Part shown: positions 48,605-60,248 of the stretch, one piece after another
How positions within the stretch are numbered: position 1 is the first letter of the stretch
Layout of the letters: each line of letters opens with the position of its first letter
The notes under the pieces: model-generated
What the model saw: only the letters and a program-made list of their open reading frames with translations
What the model was told of the DNA's origin: nothing
Database searches by the model: none
Assembly (NCBI GenBank): GCA_050175015.1
Contig: JBFXJJ010000002.1
Span: 96,001-160,000 of the forward strand
Source of the DNA: Alphaproteobacteria bacterium
GTDB taxonomy: Bacteria; Pseudomonadota; Alphaproteobacteria; JBFXJJ01
Direction: 5' to 3'
Length of the DNA: 64,000 nucleotides
Made by a program: the position numbers and the translations under genes

Positions 48605-50116
48605 ATGGAAAATACAGCATCTTTGCCACGTCTTGAACTTTTACAAGTAGCAGATACCGTCGCCCGAGACAAAGGAATTGACCGTAATGAAGTTTTGGAA
48701 GCAATGGAACAAGCCATACAAAAAGCTGGCAGATCTCGTTACGGATTAGAACATGATATTAGAGCAACTATAAATCGCAAAACCGGCGAAATTAAGTTGA
48801 TGAGATACCTTGAAGTTGTTGAAGTTATTGAAAACGAGATGACACAAATTACTTTAGATAAAGCTCTAAAAAAAGATGCCAACATTAAAATTGGTGAATT
48901 TTTAATTGATATTCTGCCTCCTATTGACTTTGGTCGAATTGCAGCTCAAACCGCTAAGCAAGTTATTGTACAAAGAGTTAGAGATGCCGAACGCAAACGC
49001 CAATTCCTCGAATATCAAAATAAAGTTGGCGAACTTATTAACGGTGTTGTTAAAAGAGTTGAATTTGGTAATATTGTTGTTGATTTAGGTAAAGCTGAAG
49101 CTGTTTTACAAAGAGATGAAATGATTCCTCGTGAAACATTCCGCAACGGCGACCGCATAAGAGCATATATTCTTGATGTTAGAGAAGAGCCAAGAGGCCC
49201 TCAAATCTTTTTATCAAGAACCTGCCCTCAATTTATGTCAAAGCTTTTCACTCAAGAAGTTCCTGAAATTTATGACAACATTATTGAAATCAAATCAGTT
49301 GCCAGAGATCCTGGATCTAGGGCTAAAATTGCCGTTTATTCCAAAGACAGCTCTATTGATCCTGTTGGTGCTTGTGTTGGTATGAGAGGAACACGTGTTC
49401 AAGCTGTAATCAGCGAACTCCAAGGTGAAAAAATTGATATCGTGTCTTGGTCTCCAGATCAGGCAAGTTTTATTGTTAACGCTTTAGCCCCTGCTGAAGT
49501 TGCTAAAGTTGTTATTGATGAAGACAACACCAAAATTGAAGTTGTTGTTCCTGATGATCAGTTGTCTCTTGCTATCGGTCGTAGAGGTCAAAACGTAAGG
49601 CTTGCTTCACAGCTTACCGCCTGCAACATTGATATTTTGACTGAAAAAGAAGAGTCCGAAAGACGCCAAAATGAAGTTAAAGTATTGTCCAACCGCTTTA
49701 TTGAAGCCTTAGATGTTGACGATGTTATTGCTCATTTATTGGTTGCTGAAGGTTTTGCTTCGGTTGAAGAAGTTGCTTTCGTTCCTTTGGAAGAAATCAC
49801 TGAAATTGAAGGCTTTGATGAAGATGTTGCTGCAGAACTTCAAAATCGTGCCAAAGTCTTTATTGAAAACGAAAATGCTGAACTTGAAAAGAGAAGAAAA
49901 GAGCTTGATATCAGTGCCGATTTATTAAAAATTTCTGAACTCAAGCTTCCTATGATGATTGCTCTTGGAGAAAACGGCATAAAAACTCTTGATGACTTGG
50001 GCGACTTAGCTAGTGATGAGCTTATTGAAATTCTTGGTGATGATAAAGTTACAGTTGAAGAAGCAAACAATATCATTATGCAAGCTCGTGAACACTGGTT
50101 TGAAGAAGAAAAATAG
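48605..50116 (+). CDS. nusA: Transcription factor NusA
   Basis: FGRIAAQTAKQVI, ARDPGSRAKIAV, DPVGACVGMRG, SLAIGRRGQNVRLA. Confidence 0.98.
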   Translation: MENTASLPRLELLQVADTVARDKGIDRNEVLEAMEQAIQKAGRSRYGLEHDIRATINRKTGEIKLMRYLEVVEVIENEMTQITLDKALKKDANIKIGEFLIDILPPIDFGRIAAQTAKQVIVQRVRDAERKRQFLEYQNKVGELINGVVKRVEFGNIVVDLGKAEAVLQRDEMIPRETFRNGDRIRAYILDVREEPRGPQIFLSRTCPQFMSKLFTQEVPEIYDNIIEIKSVARDPGSRAKIAVYSKDSSIDPVGACVGMRGTRVQAVISELQGEKIDIVSWSPDQASFIVNALAPAEVAKVVIDEDNTKIEVVVPDDQLSLAIGRRGQNVRLASQLTACNIDILTEKEESERRQNEVKVLSNRFIEALDVDDVIAHLLVAEGFASVEEVAFVPLEEITEIEGFDEDVAAELQNRAKVFIENENAELEKRRKELDISADLLKISELKLPMMIALGENGIKTLDDLGDLASDELIEILGDDKVTVEEANNIIMQAREHWFEEEK

Positions 50117-50152
50117 AATTAGATTTATTTTAACAAAGCGAAACATTATTTA

Positions 50153-50758
50153 ATGGTAGAAACAGATTTCAAAAAAGAAAAATTGTGCGAAAGGAAATGC
50201 ATTGTAACAGGTGCATCTCTTACCAAAGAAGAAATGATTCGCTTTGTTATCGATCCTAAAGGAGAAATCATTCCTGACATTTATGAAAAAATTGACGGGC
50301 GAGGTTTTTGGGTTTCAGCGTCAAAAACTAAAATTGAAACGGCAATTAACAAAAAACTTTTTGCGAAAGCAAGCCATAAAAAAGTAAATGCCAGCATAGA
50401 TATAATTCCATTAATCGAAAAGCTGTTAAAACAGAAATGCTTAAATCTTATAGGCTTTTCAAAAAAAGCTTCTTCTTTAATTGCTGGATTTGAAAAAGTA
50501 AAAGTTGCTTTAAAAAAAAGAGAAGTTTATTTATTAATAATAGCAAGTAATGGGAAAGAAAACGGCATAAAAAAGATATCGCCTTTTATTGAACCTGATG
50601 TTCCTGTTATCAATGTCTTTGACTCTGAAGAACTTGGACATATAATCGGCAAAGACGATACCGTTTTTATTGCGATTAAAAAGTCGACAATTGCAGAAAA
50701 ACTTTTTGCCGAAATAAAACGTTTCTATAACTTTATAGAAAAAGAACTTAACAATTAA
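50153..50758 (+). CDS. YlxR (DUF448) / L7Ae-like RNA-binding fusion protein
   Basis: ERKCIVTG...MIRFVIDP...GRGFWV followed by LIGFSKKA...GFEKV; between nusA and infB. Confidence 0.85.
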   Translation: MVETDFKKEKLCERKCIVTGASLTKEEMIRFVIDPKGEIIPDIYEKIDGRGFWVSASKTKIETAINKKLFAKASHKKVNASIDIIPLIEKLLKQKCLNLIGFSKKASSLIAGFEKVKVALKKREVYLLIIASNGKENGIKKISPFIEPDVPVINVFDSEELGHIIGKDDTVFIAIKKSTIAEKLFAEIKRFYNFIEKELNN

Positions 50759-50804
50759 AACAATCTCTAAAAAGATCTAGAGAAATGGAGCAAAACTTAA
50801 AAAT

Positions 50805-53327
50805 ATGACTGATTCGAATAACAAAACTGGCAAAAAACCTCTTACCCTTTCAAGCAAAGGTACTTTGGAGTTGAAGAAATCCGTTGATGGTCAAGATAAG
50901 ATACGTCAAAATTTTACGCATGGACGCTCCAAATCTGTAACGGTTGAGGTTAGAAAAAAACGCAATATTATTGCAGGCGAAAATTCTAAAGACGATGCTT
51001 TAGTTATTGATGATGAAAAAGCTCATAAAATTAAGCTCGTTCAAGATGCACAGCGCCTAAGAGAAGAAGAAGATGCTAAACGTCTCAAAGAAGAACAAGA
51101 ACAAAAAGAACGTGAAGAAAAACGTCTTCAAGCTGAAGAAGAAGCTCGCAAGCTTCAAGCTGAAATAGAGCTTTCGTCTCAAAAAGAAGCCGCTAAAGTA
51201 GCAGAAACTACAGCTGGAGCTGAAGAGAAAAAAGAAGACAAAGCACCTGTTGTTGAAGTTCCTACTGTAGAAAACATAGATGATGCAGACAAGGCTGAAA
51301 AAGAAAAATTCAAAGCCAAAGAAATCGGCAAAAAACGTCCTTTCGACGAAAGCGATGATGCTGATGACGATAGCAACAAAGACAAAGCTTCTAAAATGAA
51401 AATCACCAAAAAAGTTGTTGGTGAAAAAAGACGCTCCGGAAAAATTACAATATCTTCTGTTATCAATGATGATTTTCAAGATGAAAGAGAGCGCTCACTT
51501 GCTTCATTGAAACGTGCTAGACGTAAAGAAAAAATGAAGCAGGAGAAAAAGCCTTTAGAGAAGGTTATTCGTGAAGTTGTTATTCCTGAAACAATGACGG
51601 TACAAGAACTTGCCAACCGTATGTCTGAAAGAGGAGCTGTTGTTATAAAATCTCTTATGGGAATGGGCGTAATGGCAACAATTAATCAAGTGATTGATGC
51701 CGATACCGCACAATTGGTTGTTGAGGAACTAGGTCATAAATTTAAACGTGTTTCAGATGCTGACGTTGAAGATTCATTAATCCAAATGGAAGATACTGAA
51801 GAAAACACTGAATCACGTTCTCCTGTTGTTACGGTTATGGGACACGTTGACCACGGTAAAACTAAATTGTTAGATGCTTTCCGTTCAACAAATGTTGCCG
51901 AAGGCGAAGCTGGCGGCATTACCCAACATATTGGTGCATATCAGGTAAAAATCCCAACTGGTGAAAAAATTACCTTCATCGATACTCCGGGACACGCAGC
52001 ATTTACAGCAATGCGTGCTCGTGGTGCTAAAGTTACGGATATTGTTGTCCTTGTCGTTGCTGCTAATGACGGTATTATGCCTCAGACAATTGAAGCTATT
52101 AGGCACGCAAAAGCGGCTGAAGTTCCTATTGTTGTTGCGATAAATAAAATTGACTTGCCAGCAGCTAATCCTGCTAAGGTTAAAAATGACTTATTACAAG
52201 AAGGTCTTGTTGTCGAAGAAATGGGCGGTGATGTTTTGTGCGTTGAAATTTCAGCAAAACAAAAAATCAATTTAGATAAACTTTTAGAAGCTATTGTTCT
52301 GCAATCTGAAATTCTTGCTTTAAAAGCTAATTACAAACGTCCAGCCAATGGCGTTGTTATTGAAGCAAAAATGGATAAAGGCAGAGGTTCAGTTGCTACT
52401 ATTTTGGTACAAGGCGGTACGTTAAGAGTTGGCGACATCTTTGTAACAGGTAAAGAATGGGGCAAAGTTAGAGCTTTGGTTAATGAAACAGGACAATCAA
52501 TCAAACAAGTTATCCCTTCACAGCCTGTTGAAGTTGTTGGACTTCAAGGAACCCCACAAGCTGGTGATGACTTTATTGTTGTAACCGAGGGTGAAGCTAA
52601 AGCCAGAGAAATATCGTTGTATCGTCAACGCAAAGAACGTGAAGCATCTATGGTCAAATCTGCCCGTAGTACAATGGATCAAATGCTGGCAAGAATTAAA
52701 GCTGGTGAAACTAAAGAAGTTGCCGTTCTTATTAAAGGTGATGTTCAAGGTTCGATTGAAGCTTTAACTGGCGTTCTTAATGATTTGTCAAATGATGAAG
52801 TTAAAATAAATATCCTCCATTCTGCGGTTGGCGGTATTAATGAATCTGACGTAACCCTTGCTAGAGCATCTAATGCTATTATCATCGGATTTAATGTCAG
52901 AGCGAACCCACAAGCAAGATCGCTTGCACGCAGAGATGCTGTTGATATTCGTTATTATTCAATCATTTATGATGTTGTTGATGATATTAAACGTGCTCTT
53001 GAAAGCAAACTTACACCTGAACTCAAAGAAAACATCATTGGCTATGCTGAAATTCGTGAAGTCTTCAACATTACCAAAACAGGCAAAGTTGCAGGCTGTA
53101 TGATTTCTGAAGGCACTGTAAAACGTGGTGCCAAAGTCCGCTTATTGCGTAACGATGTTGTTATTCACGATGGCGTTCTATCTCAATTAAAACGCTTCAA
53201 AGATGACGTTCGTGAAGTTCGTGAAGGTTATGAATGCGGTATGTCTTTTGAAAATTACAATGACATTCAAAAAGGTGACTTTATTGAATGTTATGAAATT
53301 GAAGAAATTGCCGCTAAATTATCATAA
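50805..53327 (+). CDS. infB: Translation initiation factor IF-2
   Basis: [31 protein letters not shown]. Confidence 0.98.
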   Translation: MTDSNNKTGKKPLTLSSKGTLELKKSVDGQDKIRQNFTHGRSKSVTVEVRKKRNIIAGENSKDDALVIDDEKAHKIKLVQDAQRLREEEDAKRLKEEQEQKEREEKRLQAEEEARKLQAEIELSSQKEAAKVAETTAGAEEKKEDKAPVVEVPTVENIDDADKAEKEKFKAKEIGKKRPFDESDDADDDSNKDKASKMKITKKVVGEKRRSGKITISSVINDDFQDERERSLASLKRARRKEKMKQEKKPLEKVIREVVIPETMTVQELANRMSERGAVVIKSLMGMGVMATINQVIDADTAQLVVEELGHKFKRVSDADVEDSLIQMEDTEENTESRSPVVTVMGHVDHGKTKLLDAFRSTNVAEGEAGGITQHIGAYQVKIPTGEKITFIDTPGHAAFTAMRARGAKVTDIVVLVVAANDGIMPQTIEAIRHAKAAEVPIVVAINKIDLPAANPAKVKNDLLQEGLVVEEMGGDVLCVEISAKQKINLDKLLEAIVLQSEILALKANYKRPANGVVIEAKMDKGRGSVATILVQGGTLRVGDIFVTGKEWGKVRALVNETGQSIKQVIPSQPVEVVGLQGTPQAGDDFIVVTEGEAKAREISLYRQRKEREASMVKSARSTMDQMLARIKAGETKEVAVLIKGDVQGSIEALTGVLNDLSNDEVKINILHSAVGGINESDVTLARASNAIIIGFNVRANPQARSLARRDAVDIRYYSIIYDVVDDIKRALESKLTPELKENIIGYAEIREVFNITKTGKVAGCMISEGTVKRGAKVRLLRNDVVIHDGVLSQLKRFKDDVREVREGYECGMSFENYNDIQKGDFIECYEIEEIAAKLS

Positions 53328-53350
53328 AATGATTGCTTGATGAGAAAAAA

Positions 53351-53758
53351 ATGAGAACTAAACAACCAAGCCAACGTCAACTTAGAGTTGGAGAAGAGAT
53401 TCGACATATTTTATCTGATGTTCTAGCCAGACAAAATATCCATCATCCTTTGATCTATGGAAAATTGATAACAATTACTGAAGTTAAAGTTTCTCCAGAT
53501 TTAAAAAATGCCATCGCTTTCGTTATGTCTTCTAGCAATAATGATATCGATTCGATTTTAGAAGGTCTTGAAACCAGTAAAAAATATTTTAAACAAGAAT
53601 TAGCAAAAACCTTGCGCTTAAGGTTTATGCCTGAATTAAAATTTGTTTATGATAATAGACTCGAAGAAGCACTGCGGATAGAAAATCTTTTAAATCTGCC
53701 CGATGTTGTACGTGACTTGAAAAAAGATGCAGATGCAAACGGGGACAGTATCCTTTAA
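53351..53758 (+). CDS. rbfA: Ribosome-binding factor A
   Basis: SQRQLRVGEEIRH, TEVKVSPDLK, LRFMPELKF; start likely ATG 53351. Confidence 0.95.
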   Translation: MRTKQPSQRQLRVGEEIRHILSDVLARQNIHHPLIYGKLITITEVKVSPDLKNAIAFVMSSSNNDIDSILEGLETSKKYFKQELAKTLRLRFMPELKFVYDNRLEEALRIENLLNLPDVVRDLKKDADANGDSIL

Positions 53759-54676
53759 ATGGCAAAGAAAAAAGGGATTCCACTCAATGGTTGGCTTTGT
53801 TTAGATAAGCCTTACGGCATTAGTTCTAACAATGCTCTTCAGATTGTTAAAAGGATTTTAAATCCTCAAAAAATAGGACATAGCGGTACGCTTGATCCTC
53901 TAGCTTCTGGTATCCTGCCCATAGCTTTGGGCGAAGCTACCAAAACGGTTGCTTATGCTATGGATAATGAGAAAACCTATGTTTTTACCATAACCTTTGG
54001 TGAGGAACGTTCAACAGGAGATGCTGAAGGCGAAGTTATTGCCACTTCAAAAGTCATACCCAACAAAGATGATGTTGCTTCTGTTTTAGCTGGTTTTACT
54101 GGCAAAATAACCCAAACACCGCCAAAGTTTTCAGCTTTAAAAATAAATGGTAAACGAGCCTATGATTTAGCGCGGAACAATGAAGATTTCGAACTGCCTC
54201 AAAGAGAAGTTCTTATAAAGAGTTTAGAAATTATTGCTTCTACAGAAGAAAATTCTAATCAAATAACTTTAAAAACCACCTGTGGAAAGGGAACCTATGT
54301 CAGGTCTCTGGCTATGGATATTGCAGAAAAACTTGGTTCAAAGGGCTATGTTTCCTACTTAAGACGAACCAAAGTTGGATTTTTTTGCGAAAAAAATGCA
54401 ATTTTGCTGGATAAAATTGAAACATTAGGGCATATTGCAAGTGTGGAGGAGTTTCTATTGCCTGTTGAGACAGCGCTGACCGACATCTCGGCCCTCGCCT
54501 TATCAGACGAAGAAGCTCTTGACCTGAAGAAAGGCAAAGCTGTTGTCTGCAAAGCTGCAAACTTTGAAAACCTTACTCAAAATGAGATAGCCTATGCTCT
54601 TAATCAAGATAAGCTTGTCGCTATTGTAAGGAAAAACGATAACTTTGTTGTCCCTATTCGGGTTATGAATTATTAA
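53759..54676 (+). CDS. truB: tRNA pseudouridine(55) synthase TruB
   Basis: LDKPYG, GHSGTLDPLASG, CGKGTYVRSLA. Confidence 0.97.
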   Translation: MAKKKGIPLNGWLCLDKPYGISSNNALQIVKRILNPQKIGHSGTLDPLASGILPIALGEATKTVAYAMDNEKTYVFTITFGEERSTGDAEGEVIATSKVIPNKDDVASVLAGFTGKITQTPPKFSALKINGKRAYDLARNNEDFELPQREVLIKSLEIIASTEENSNQITLKTTCGKGTYVRSLAMDIAEKLGSKGYVSYLRRTKVGFFCEKNAILLDKIETLGHIASVEEFLLPVETALTDISALALSDEEALDLKKGKAVVCKAANFENLTQNEIAYALNQDKLVAIVRKNDNFVVPIRVMNY

Positions 54677-54700
54677 ACAATATATTTTAAGGAGAAATCG

Positions 54701-54970
54701 ATGTCGATTACACCAGAACGCAAACAAGAATTAATTAAAGAATTTGCAATCAAAGAAGGCGATACAGGTTCACCAGAAGTTCAAGTAGCTATTCTTTCTG
54801 AAAGAATTAAAAATTTAACTGAACACCTCAAAGAACACCAAAAAGATTTTCACTCTCGTCGTGGTCTTTTAGTTATGGTTGGACAACGCCGCCGTCTTCT
54901 CGACTACACCAAGAAAAGTTCACAAAAACGTTATGAAAGCTTAATTGCTAGACTTGGTTTACGTCACTAA
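54701..54970 (+). CDS. rpsO: 30S ribosomal protein S15
   Basis: [12 protein letters not shown]...[19 protein letters not shown]. Confidence 0.98.
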   Translation: MSITPERKQELIKEFAIKEGDTGSPEVQVAILSERIKNLTEHLKEHQKDFHSRRGLLVMVGQRRRLLDYTKKSSQKRYESLIARLGLRH

Positions 54971-54984
54971 TAAAAACTTATTAA

Positions 54985-55036
54985 TATCTCTAATAGCAAG
55001 CTTGTTTTTAATAAACAAAGCTTGCTATAAGGGATA
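54985..55036 (+). other. Long imperfect hairpin between rpsO and pnp (processing or terminator structure)
   Basis: TATCTCTAATAGCAAGCTTGTTT-ttaat-AAACAAAGCTTGCTATAAGGGATA. Confidence 0.55.
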
Positions 55037-55131
55037 AGATTCGTCTAATCTCTGTGAGACGTAAAATATACAGAAAAATTTTAATGTAGGCTTTGTTAAA
55101 ATAACAAAGAAATTAGGAAGGGAAAAGGATT

Positions 55132-57285
55132 ATGACTATGTTTAATGTGTTCCGCGAAGAGATGGAATGGGGCGGACGCAAACTCTCAATTGAAACAGGT
55201 AAAATTTCACGCCAAGCTCTCGGCTCTGTTATTGTTACCTATGGTGAAACAATCGTACATTGCGCTGTGGTTGCTGCCACCGAAGCAGGAGAGGCTCAGG
55301 ATTTTTTCCCCTTAACTGTTAACTACCAAGAAAAAACTTATGCCGCAGGAAAAATTCCCGGCGGCTTTTTCAAACGTGAAGGTAAAGCTTCAGAAAAAGA
55401 AACTTTGACATCTCGTCTTATCGATCGTCCAATCAGACCATTATTTGCTAAAAATTTTAAAAATGAAACACAAGTAATTTGTACTACAATCAGCCATGAT
55501 ATGGTCAACGATCCAGATATTATATCAATTATCGCAACATCAGCTGCTCTCACAATTTCTGGTCTGCCTTTCTTAGGCCCAATCGGTGCTGTTCGTGTTG
55601 GTTATCAAAATGGTGAATTCAAAATCAATCCTCTCGTAACAGAACAAAAAGAAAGTGACTTAAACCTTGTTGTTGCTGGAACTAGAGAAGGCGTTTTAAT
55701 GGTTGAATCTGAAGCTCAGGAACTTTCAGAAGAAACTATGCTTGAAGCTGTTATGTTTGGTCACGAAGCTTATCAAAGCGTTATTAATATGATTATTAAG
55801 CTTGCTGAAAAATGTGCCAAAGATCCGTGGGTTGTTTTAGAAGATGCCCCAGAAAAAGCTATTGTTACAGAAAAACTTAGAACAACCTTTGGCGAAGATT
55901 TAAAAGAAGCTTTCAAGCTTACCGTAAAACAAGAACGCGTAAGCAAAATTGAAGAAGTAAAAAGCAAAGCATTAGAATCTCTTGGCGAAAATGACGCTGA
56001 AAAAGCTGTTTTCTTAGATGTATTCAAAGCTTTAGAAAGCGAAATCGTAAGAGGACAAGTTATCAAAACAGGAATTCGTATCGACGGAAGAGATACTAAA
56101 ACCGTACGTCCGATTGAATGCGAAGTTGGAATTCTTCCAAGAGCTCACGGCACAGCGCTTTTCACCAGAGGTGAAACTCAGGCATTGGTTGTTGCAACGC
56201 TCGGCACGGGTCAAGATGAACAAATCATTGACTCTTTAGACGGCGAATCTCGCCAGCATTTTATGCTTCATTACAACTTCCCTCCGTATGCTACAGGAGA
56301 AGCTAAACGTATGGGGCCTCCAGGACGTCGTGAAATTGGACACGGAAAACTTGCTTGGCGTGCTCTAAACCCATTACTTCCAAGCAAAGAAGATTTTCCT
56401 TATACTATCAGATCAGTTTCTGAGATTATGGAATCAAACGGTTCTTCATCTATGGCAACAGTATGCGGTACCTCACTTGCTCTTATGGACGCAGGTGTTC
56501 CTTTAAAACGTCCAGCAGCAGGCATTGCTATGGGCTTAATTAAAGAACCAGATGGCAGCTTTGCTGTATTAACCGATATCTTAGGCGATGAAGATCATTT
56601 AGGCGATATGGATTTTAAAGTAGCAGGAACCGAAAAAGGTATTACTGCTCTTCAAATGGATATTAAAATAACTTCTATTACCAAAGAAATTATGAAAACC
56701 GCTTTACAGCAGGCACACGAAGGCAGAATGCATATTTTAGGAAAAATGCTAGCAGCATTACCTGCACCTCGTACTGAAGTAAACAAAAATGCTCCAAGAA
56801 TTACATCTTTCCAAATAGCTAAAGATAAAATTCGTGAAGTTATTGGAACAGGCGGAAAAGTTATTCGTGAAATCACAGAAAAAACGGGCTGCAAAATTGA
56901 TATTAACGATGATGGCATTATTAAAATTGCATCAACTTCTCAAGAAGAAGGCGATAAAGCAATCAAATGGATTAAAGATATCGTGTCAGAACCAGAAGTT
57001 GGTGAAATTTATGATGGAAAGGTTGTAAAAATTCTTGAATTTGGAGCTTTTGTAAACTTCCTTGGCAGCAGAGATGGACTTGTTCACATTTCAGAATTAA
57101 GACCTCAACGTGTAGAGAATGTTACAGACGTTTTAAAAGAAGGCGATGAAGTAAAAGTTAAATGTATCGGAATTGACAACAAGGGAAAAGTTAAACTTTC
57201 AATCAAACGTGTCAATCAAGAAACAGGTGAAGACATCGAACATCTTTTAGAAAACAACAAAAGTTCTTCTAAAGATGATGAGTAG
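55132..57285 (+). CDS. pnp: Polyribonucleotide nucleotidyltransferase
   Basis: [42 protein letters not shown] and S1 domains. Confidence 0.98.
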   Translation: MTMFNVFREEMEWGGRKLSIETGKISRQALGSVIVTYGETIVHCAVVAATEAGEAQDFFPLTVNYQEKTYAAGKIPGGFFKREGKASEKETLTSRLIDRPIRPLFAKNFKNETQVICTTISHDMVNDPDIISIIATSAALTISGLPFLGPIGAVRVGYQNGEFKINPLVTEQKESDLNLVVAGTREGVLMVESEAQELSEETMLEAVMFGHEAYQSVINMIIKLAEKCAKDPWVVLEDAPEKAIVTEKLRTTFGEDLKEAFKLTVKQERVSKIEEVKSKALESLGENDAEKAVFLDVFKALESEIVRGQVIKTGIRIDGRDTKTVRPIECEVGILPRAHGTALFTRGETQALVVATLGTGQDEQIIDSLDGESRQHFMLHYNFPPYATGEAKRMGPPGRREIGHGKLAWRALNPLLPSKEDFPYTIRSVSEIMESNGSSSMATVCGTSLALMDAGVPLKRPAAGIAMGLIKEPDGSFAVLTDILGDEDHLGDMDFKVAGTEKGITALQMDIKITSITKEIMKTALQQAHEGRMHILGKMLAALPAPRTEVNKNAPRITSFQIAKDKIREVIGTGGKVIREITEKTGCKIDINDDGIIKIASTSQEEGDKAIKWIKDIVSEPEVGEIYDGKVVKILEFGAFVNFLGSRDGLVHISELRPQRVENVTDVLKEGDEVKVKCIGIDNKGKVKLSIKRVNQETGEDIEHLLENNKSSSKDDE

Positions 57286-57329
57286 CTTTTAGTATAATTT
57301 TTTAGTTTTTTCAAAGGAGAAAAAGCCCA

Positions 57330-58724
57330 ATGAAGGCTTTAAACCCAGTTCTTATATCAGGTAAAGAAATTTTGCCTCTTATTGAAGGCGGCAAAGGCAT
57401 TAATGTTTCCGACGGCGTCAGCACAGGCGCTTGGGCAAATGCAGGAGGCGCAGGAACATTTTCTGCAGTAACTTGTGATTGTTATGATGAAAATGGGGAA
57501 TGGCTCCCAGAAAAATACTATAAAAAGACAAGAAAAGAACGCCAAGATGAGCTTGTTGAATACTCAATAAAAGGCGGTATAACGCAAGCTCATATTGCCC
57601 ACGAAATGTCAAACGGCAACGGTCGTGTCCATATGAACATTTTGTGGGAAATTGGCGGCTGCGATGCCACACTTAAAGGAATCTTAGAAGGAACCAAAGG
57701 CATTCTTCACGGAATAACCTGCGGTGCAGGAATGCCCTATAAGCTTGCCGAGATTACTTCAAGTTATGGTGTTTACTATTATCCTATTGTTTCTTCAGCT
57801 AGAGCATTTAATGCCTTGTGGAAAAGGGCCTATCACAAATTTCCTGAGTTTCTAGGCGGAGTAGTTTATGAAGATCCTTGGTGTGCTGGCGGTCATAATG
57901 GACTGTCCAACAGTGAGAATCCAAGAGAACCACAACCTCCATACAGCCGTGTTGTTGCTTTACGTAAAGCTATGATAGATGTGGGATTAAAAGACACTCC
58001 AATTATTGTGGCAGGCGGGGTATGGTGGCTTGAAGAATGGGAAGACTGGCTAGACAATCCTGAAATAGGTAAGGTTGTTTTCCAATTTGGAACCCGCCCT
58101 CTCCTAACACAAGAAAGCCCTATTACTGATAATTGGAAACAAAAACTTCTAGACCTTAAGAAAGGCGATGTTTTGTTACAAAAATTCAGCCCTACCGGTT
58201 TCTATTCTTCCGCTGTCAAAACTAGATTTTTAAACAATTTAGAACGAAGAAAACAAGCAGAAATAGAATATTCTCTAGAAGCATCTGATACCAAGAACAC
58301 CTCCGTTACAACCAGAAGCAATAACACTGTTTATGTTTCTGAAGCCGAGGCTGCCCAAATTAAATCTTATGAAACCGATGGTTTAACCGTTGTTAGAAGA
58401 ACTCCAGACAACACCTTGGTATTCTTAACTAAAGATGAAGACGATCGTTTTAAAAAAGAAATATCGGAATGTATCGGTTGTTTGTCGGCTTGTAATTATT
58501 CTGCTTGGTCAGAAAGAGACAATGGTTCTACTGGGAAAATCCCAGATCCTCGTTCTTTCTGTATTCATAAAACACTCATTGACATTTCTCACGGTGGAGA
58601 TGTTGAGGATAATATTATGTTTGCAGGTCATAATGCTTACCGCTTCGGGTTGGATCCTTTCTACAATGATGGATTTATACCAACGGTTGCCGAACTTATT
58701 GAGCGCATAAAAACTGGAAAATAA
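57330..58724 (+). CDS. Nitronate monooxygenase-family flavin oxidoreductase
   Basis: PLIEGGKG, TCGAGMP, YEDPWCAGGHNG, VAGGVW, FQFGTRP, CIGCLSAC; commonly follows pnp in alphaproteobacteria. Confidence 0.85.
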   Translation: MKALNPVLISGKEILPLIEGGKGINVSDGVSTGAWANAGGAGTFSAVTCDCYDENGEWLPEKYYKKTRKERQDELVEYSIKGGITQAHIAHEMSNGNGRVHMNILWEIGGCDATLKGILEGTKGILHGITCGAGMPYKLAEITSSYGVYYYPIVSSARAFNALWKRAYHKFPEFLGGVVYEDPWCAGGHNGLSNSENPREPQPPYSRVVALRKAMIDVGLKDTPIIVAGGVWWLEEWEDWLDNPEIGKVVFQFGTRPLLTQESPITDNWKQKLLDLKKGDVLLQKFSPTGFYSSAVKTRFLNNLERRKQAEIEYSLEASDTKNTSVTTRSNNTVYVSEAEAAQIKSYETDGLTVVRRTPDNTLVFLTKDEDDRFKKEISECIGCLSACNYSAWSERDNGSTGKIPDPRSFCIHKTLIDISHGGDVEDNIMFAGHNAYRFGLDPFYNDGFIPTVAELIERIKTGK

Positions 58725-58848
58725 AAAATCTTTCTATTTGCAGTATTGCCTTTTTTGGGATAAAATTAAGCTGTTTTTGTCTAAATGATTTTTATCATTA
58801 ACCAAAAGCAGAGCTTATAGTTTTACCCTCTAAAGGCGATTTAATAAT

Positions 58849-59874
58849 ATGAAAAAAGAAGTATTTGCTCCATCATTAAAAACCAGCCTTAACCGCCCTT
58901 CTGTTCAACAGGAAGAGCACAATCTTATAAGCGGTGCTGCTAAAAATTATCCAAGACTACGGCTAAAAAAAGACAGCCTTGATTCTTTGGTAAAACTTAT
59001 TGGCGAATTAGAAAAATCGGAAAGAGGGCGGAATTTGTTAACCGCCGCTGAAAAAAGTGATGCTTGGATTGGCTTCAGCCATAATATGGCAGCTCAGGGA
59101 AGCTATTGTGAAAAACAAAACAGGATTATGCTTAATTCTTCAATTAATAGCGATAAAATGGTTGTTACTTTAGCTCACGAGCTCCGTCATGCCGAACAGT
59201 TTAACACAACGGTCGATATAAGCCCGTCTACAGATACCTCAAAAACCTATTTAATGGGACAGTTTGCAATTGAAGCTGACGCTAATGCCCATTCAACATT
59301 AGTTGCGTGGGAATTAAAACAGCTTGGTAACGAAAAACCTTTTGAGGAATTTAAAAAAGAATCTCCTCATATTGTTAATCCTTTTGAAGAGAAGATAAAC
59401 GCCGGCGATACTTTAGGAGCTTTAGATGCCGCCTTTAACGGCTGGTACACTAATATGAATATTAGAAGAGCTTACGAAAAGAATTATACTGGTATGCTTG
59501 ATCAAGAAGGAGTTCGTTTTTCTAAAAGTCCTGATGCTATGGCTAGGGAAATATCTCCCGCCGATACTATAAATCGAACCTGTGTTTATAATAACAGTAA
59601 TTATTTTAAGAGTAATCCTGATATTTTAGAGGATAAAGAACACTTAAGTTTAGGGCACGAAACTTGGTGGTCATGCTGGCGGACATATCGTGATCTTGCT
59701 AATCGCAAAGATTACACCTCCTCTTCAGAAGTAGCTAATCAGAAAATGACAGACATTCCCCGCCGTGAAAACAGTGATTATTATTATGAAATTTCTCCTG
59801 AGCAGGCGAAAAATGCAGCCAAGCCGTCATTCAGCCTTTTGATAAATAAGCTTATGAGACAAAAAGGCAAATAA
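58849..59874 (+). CDS. Putative zinc metallopeptidase (HExxH; DUF6782-like)
   Basis: VVTLAHELRHAEQ and downstream AIEADANA third-ligand motif; no signal peptide; basic C-terminus. Confidence 0.75.
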   Translation: MKKEVFAPSLKTSLNRPSVQQEEHNLISGAAKNYPRLRLKKDSLDSLVKLIGELEKSERGRNLLTAAEKSDAWIGFSHNMAAQGSYCEKQNRIMLNSSINSDKMVVTLAHELRHAEQFNTTVDISPSTDTSKTYLMGQFAIEADANAHSTLVAWELKQLGNEKPFEEFKKESPHIVNPFEEKINAGDTLGALDAAFNGWYTNMNIRRAYEKNYTGMLDQEGVRFSKSPDAMAREISPADTINRTCVYNNSNYFKSNPDILEDKEHLSLGHETWWSCWRTYRDLANRKDYTSSSEVANQKMTDIPRRENSDYYYEISPEQAKNAAKPSFSLLINKLMRQKGK

Positions 59875-60104
59875 GACCGTTAGAAAAAACATTTTTTTAA
59901 ACTTCTGGCATTTTGGTTTAACTAGGCTTTTTTATTTTTTCCTCTTTACCAATCTTAAAACTATGCTCTAAAGTGTCGTTATTAATTTTGCCTAATTGCA
60001 GCTCTTAATAAACATTTTTTACTTTTATCAAAAGTAAAATCAATTTTTTTAAAAATACAAAAGTTTCTATATGAACGAACATTGTCCTAGAAATACCCTC
60101 CTAT

Positions 60105-60119
60105 GTTCTTTTTTTGTTC
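60105..60119. promoter_or_regulatory. Alphaproteobacterial LexA (SOS) box
   Basis: GTTC-TTTTTTT-GTTC, an exact GTTC-N7-GTTC, immediately adjacent to a -35 element. Confidence 0.72.
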
Positions 60120-60149
60120 TTGACAACTGAACTTTTTATGTGATATAAA
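60120..60149 (+). promoter_or_regulatory. Sigma-70 promoter for the paralogue array
   Basis: TTGACA (60120-60125), 18 bp, then TATAAA (60144-60149) with an extended TG. Confidence 0.7.
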
Positions 60150-60248
60150 ATCTGTCAGGTTCAGTAACTCTTAGTGTGCCTTTTTTATATGACGTATTAG
60201 AAATAGACAGTTATAGTTTGAAGAAAGGTGTTTTTAAGGATTTTAGTT

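Noticed and set aside
54677-54700. S15 autoregulatory leader RNA
   Set aside because: Only 24 bp separate truB and rpsO; no structure evident.
58767-58817. Imperfect hairpin upstream of the metallopeptidase
   Set aside because: AT-rich and bulged; cannot be distinguished from a chance or simple terminator structure.
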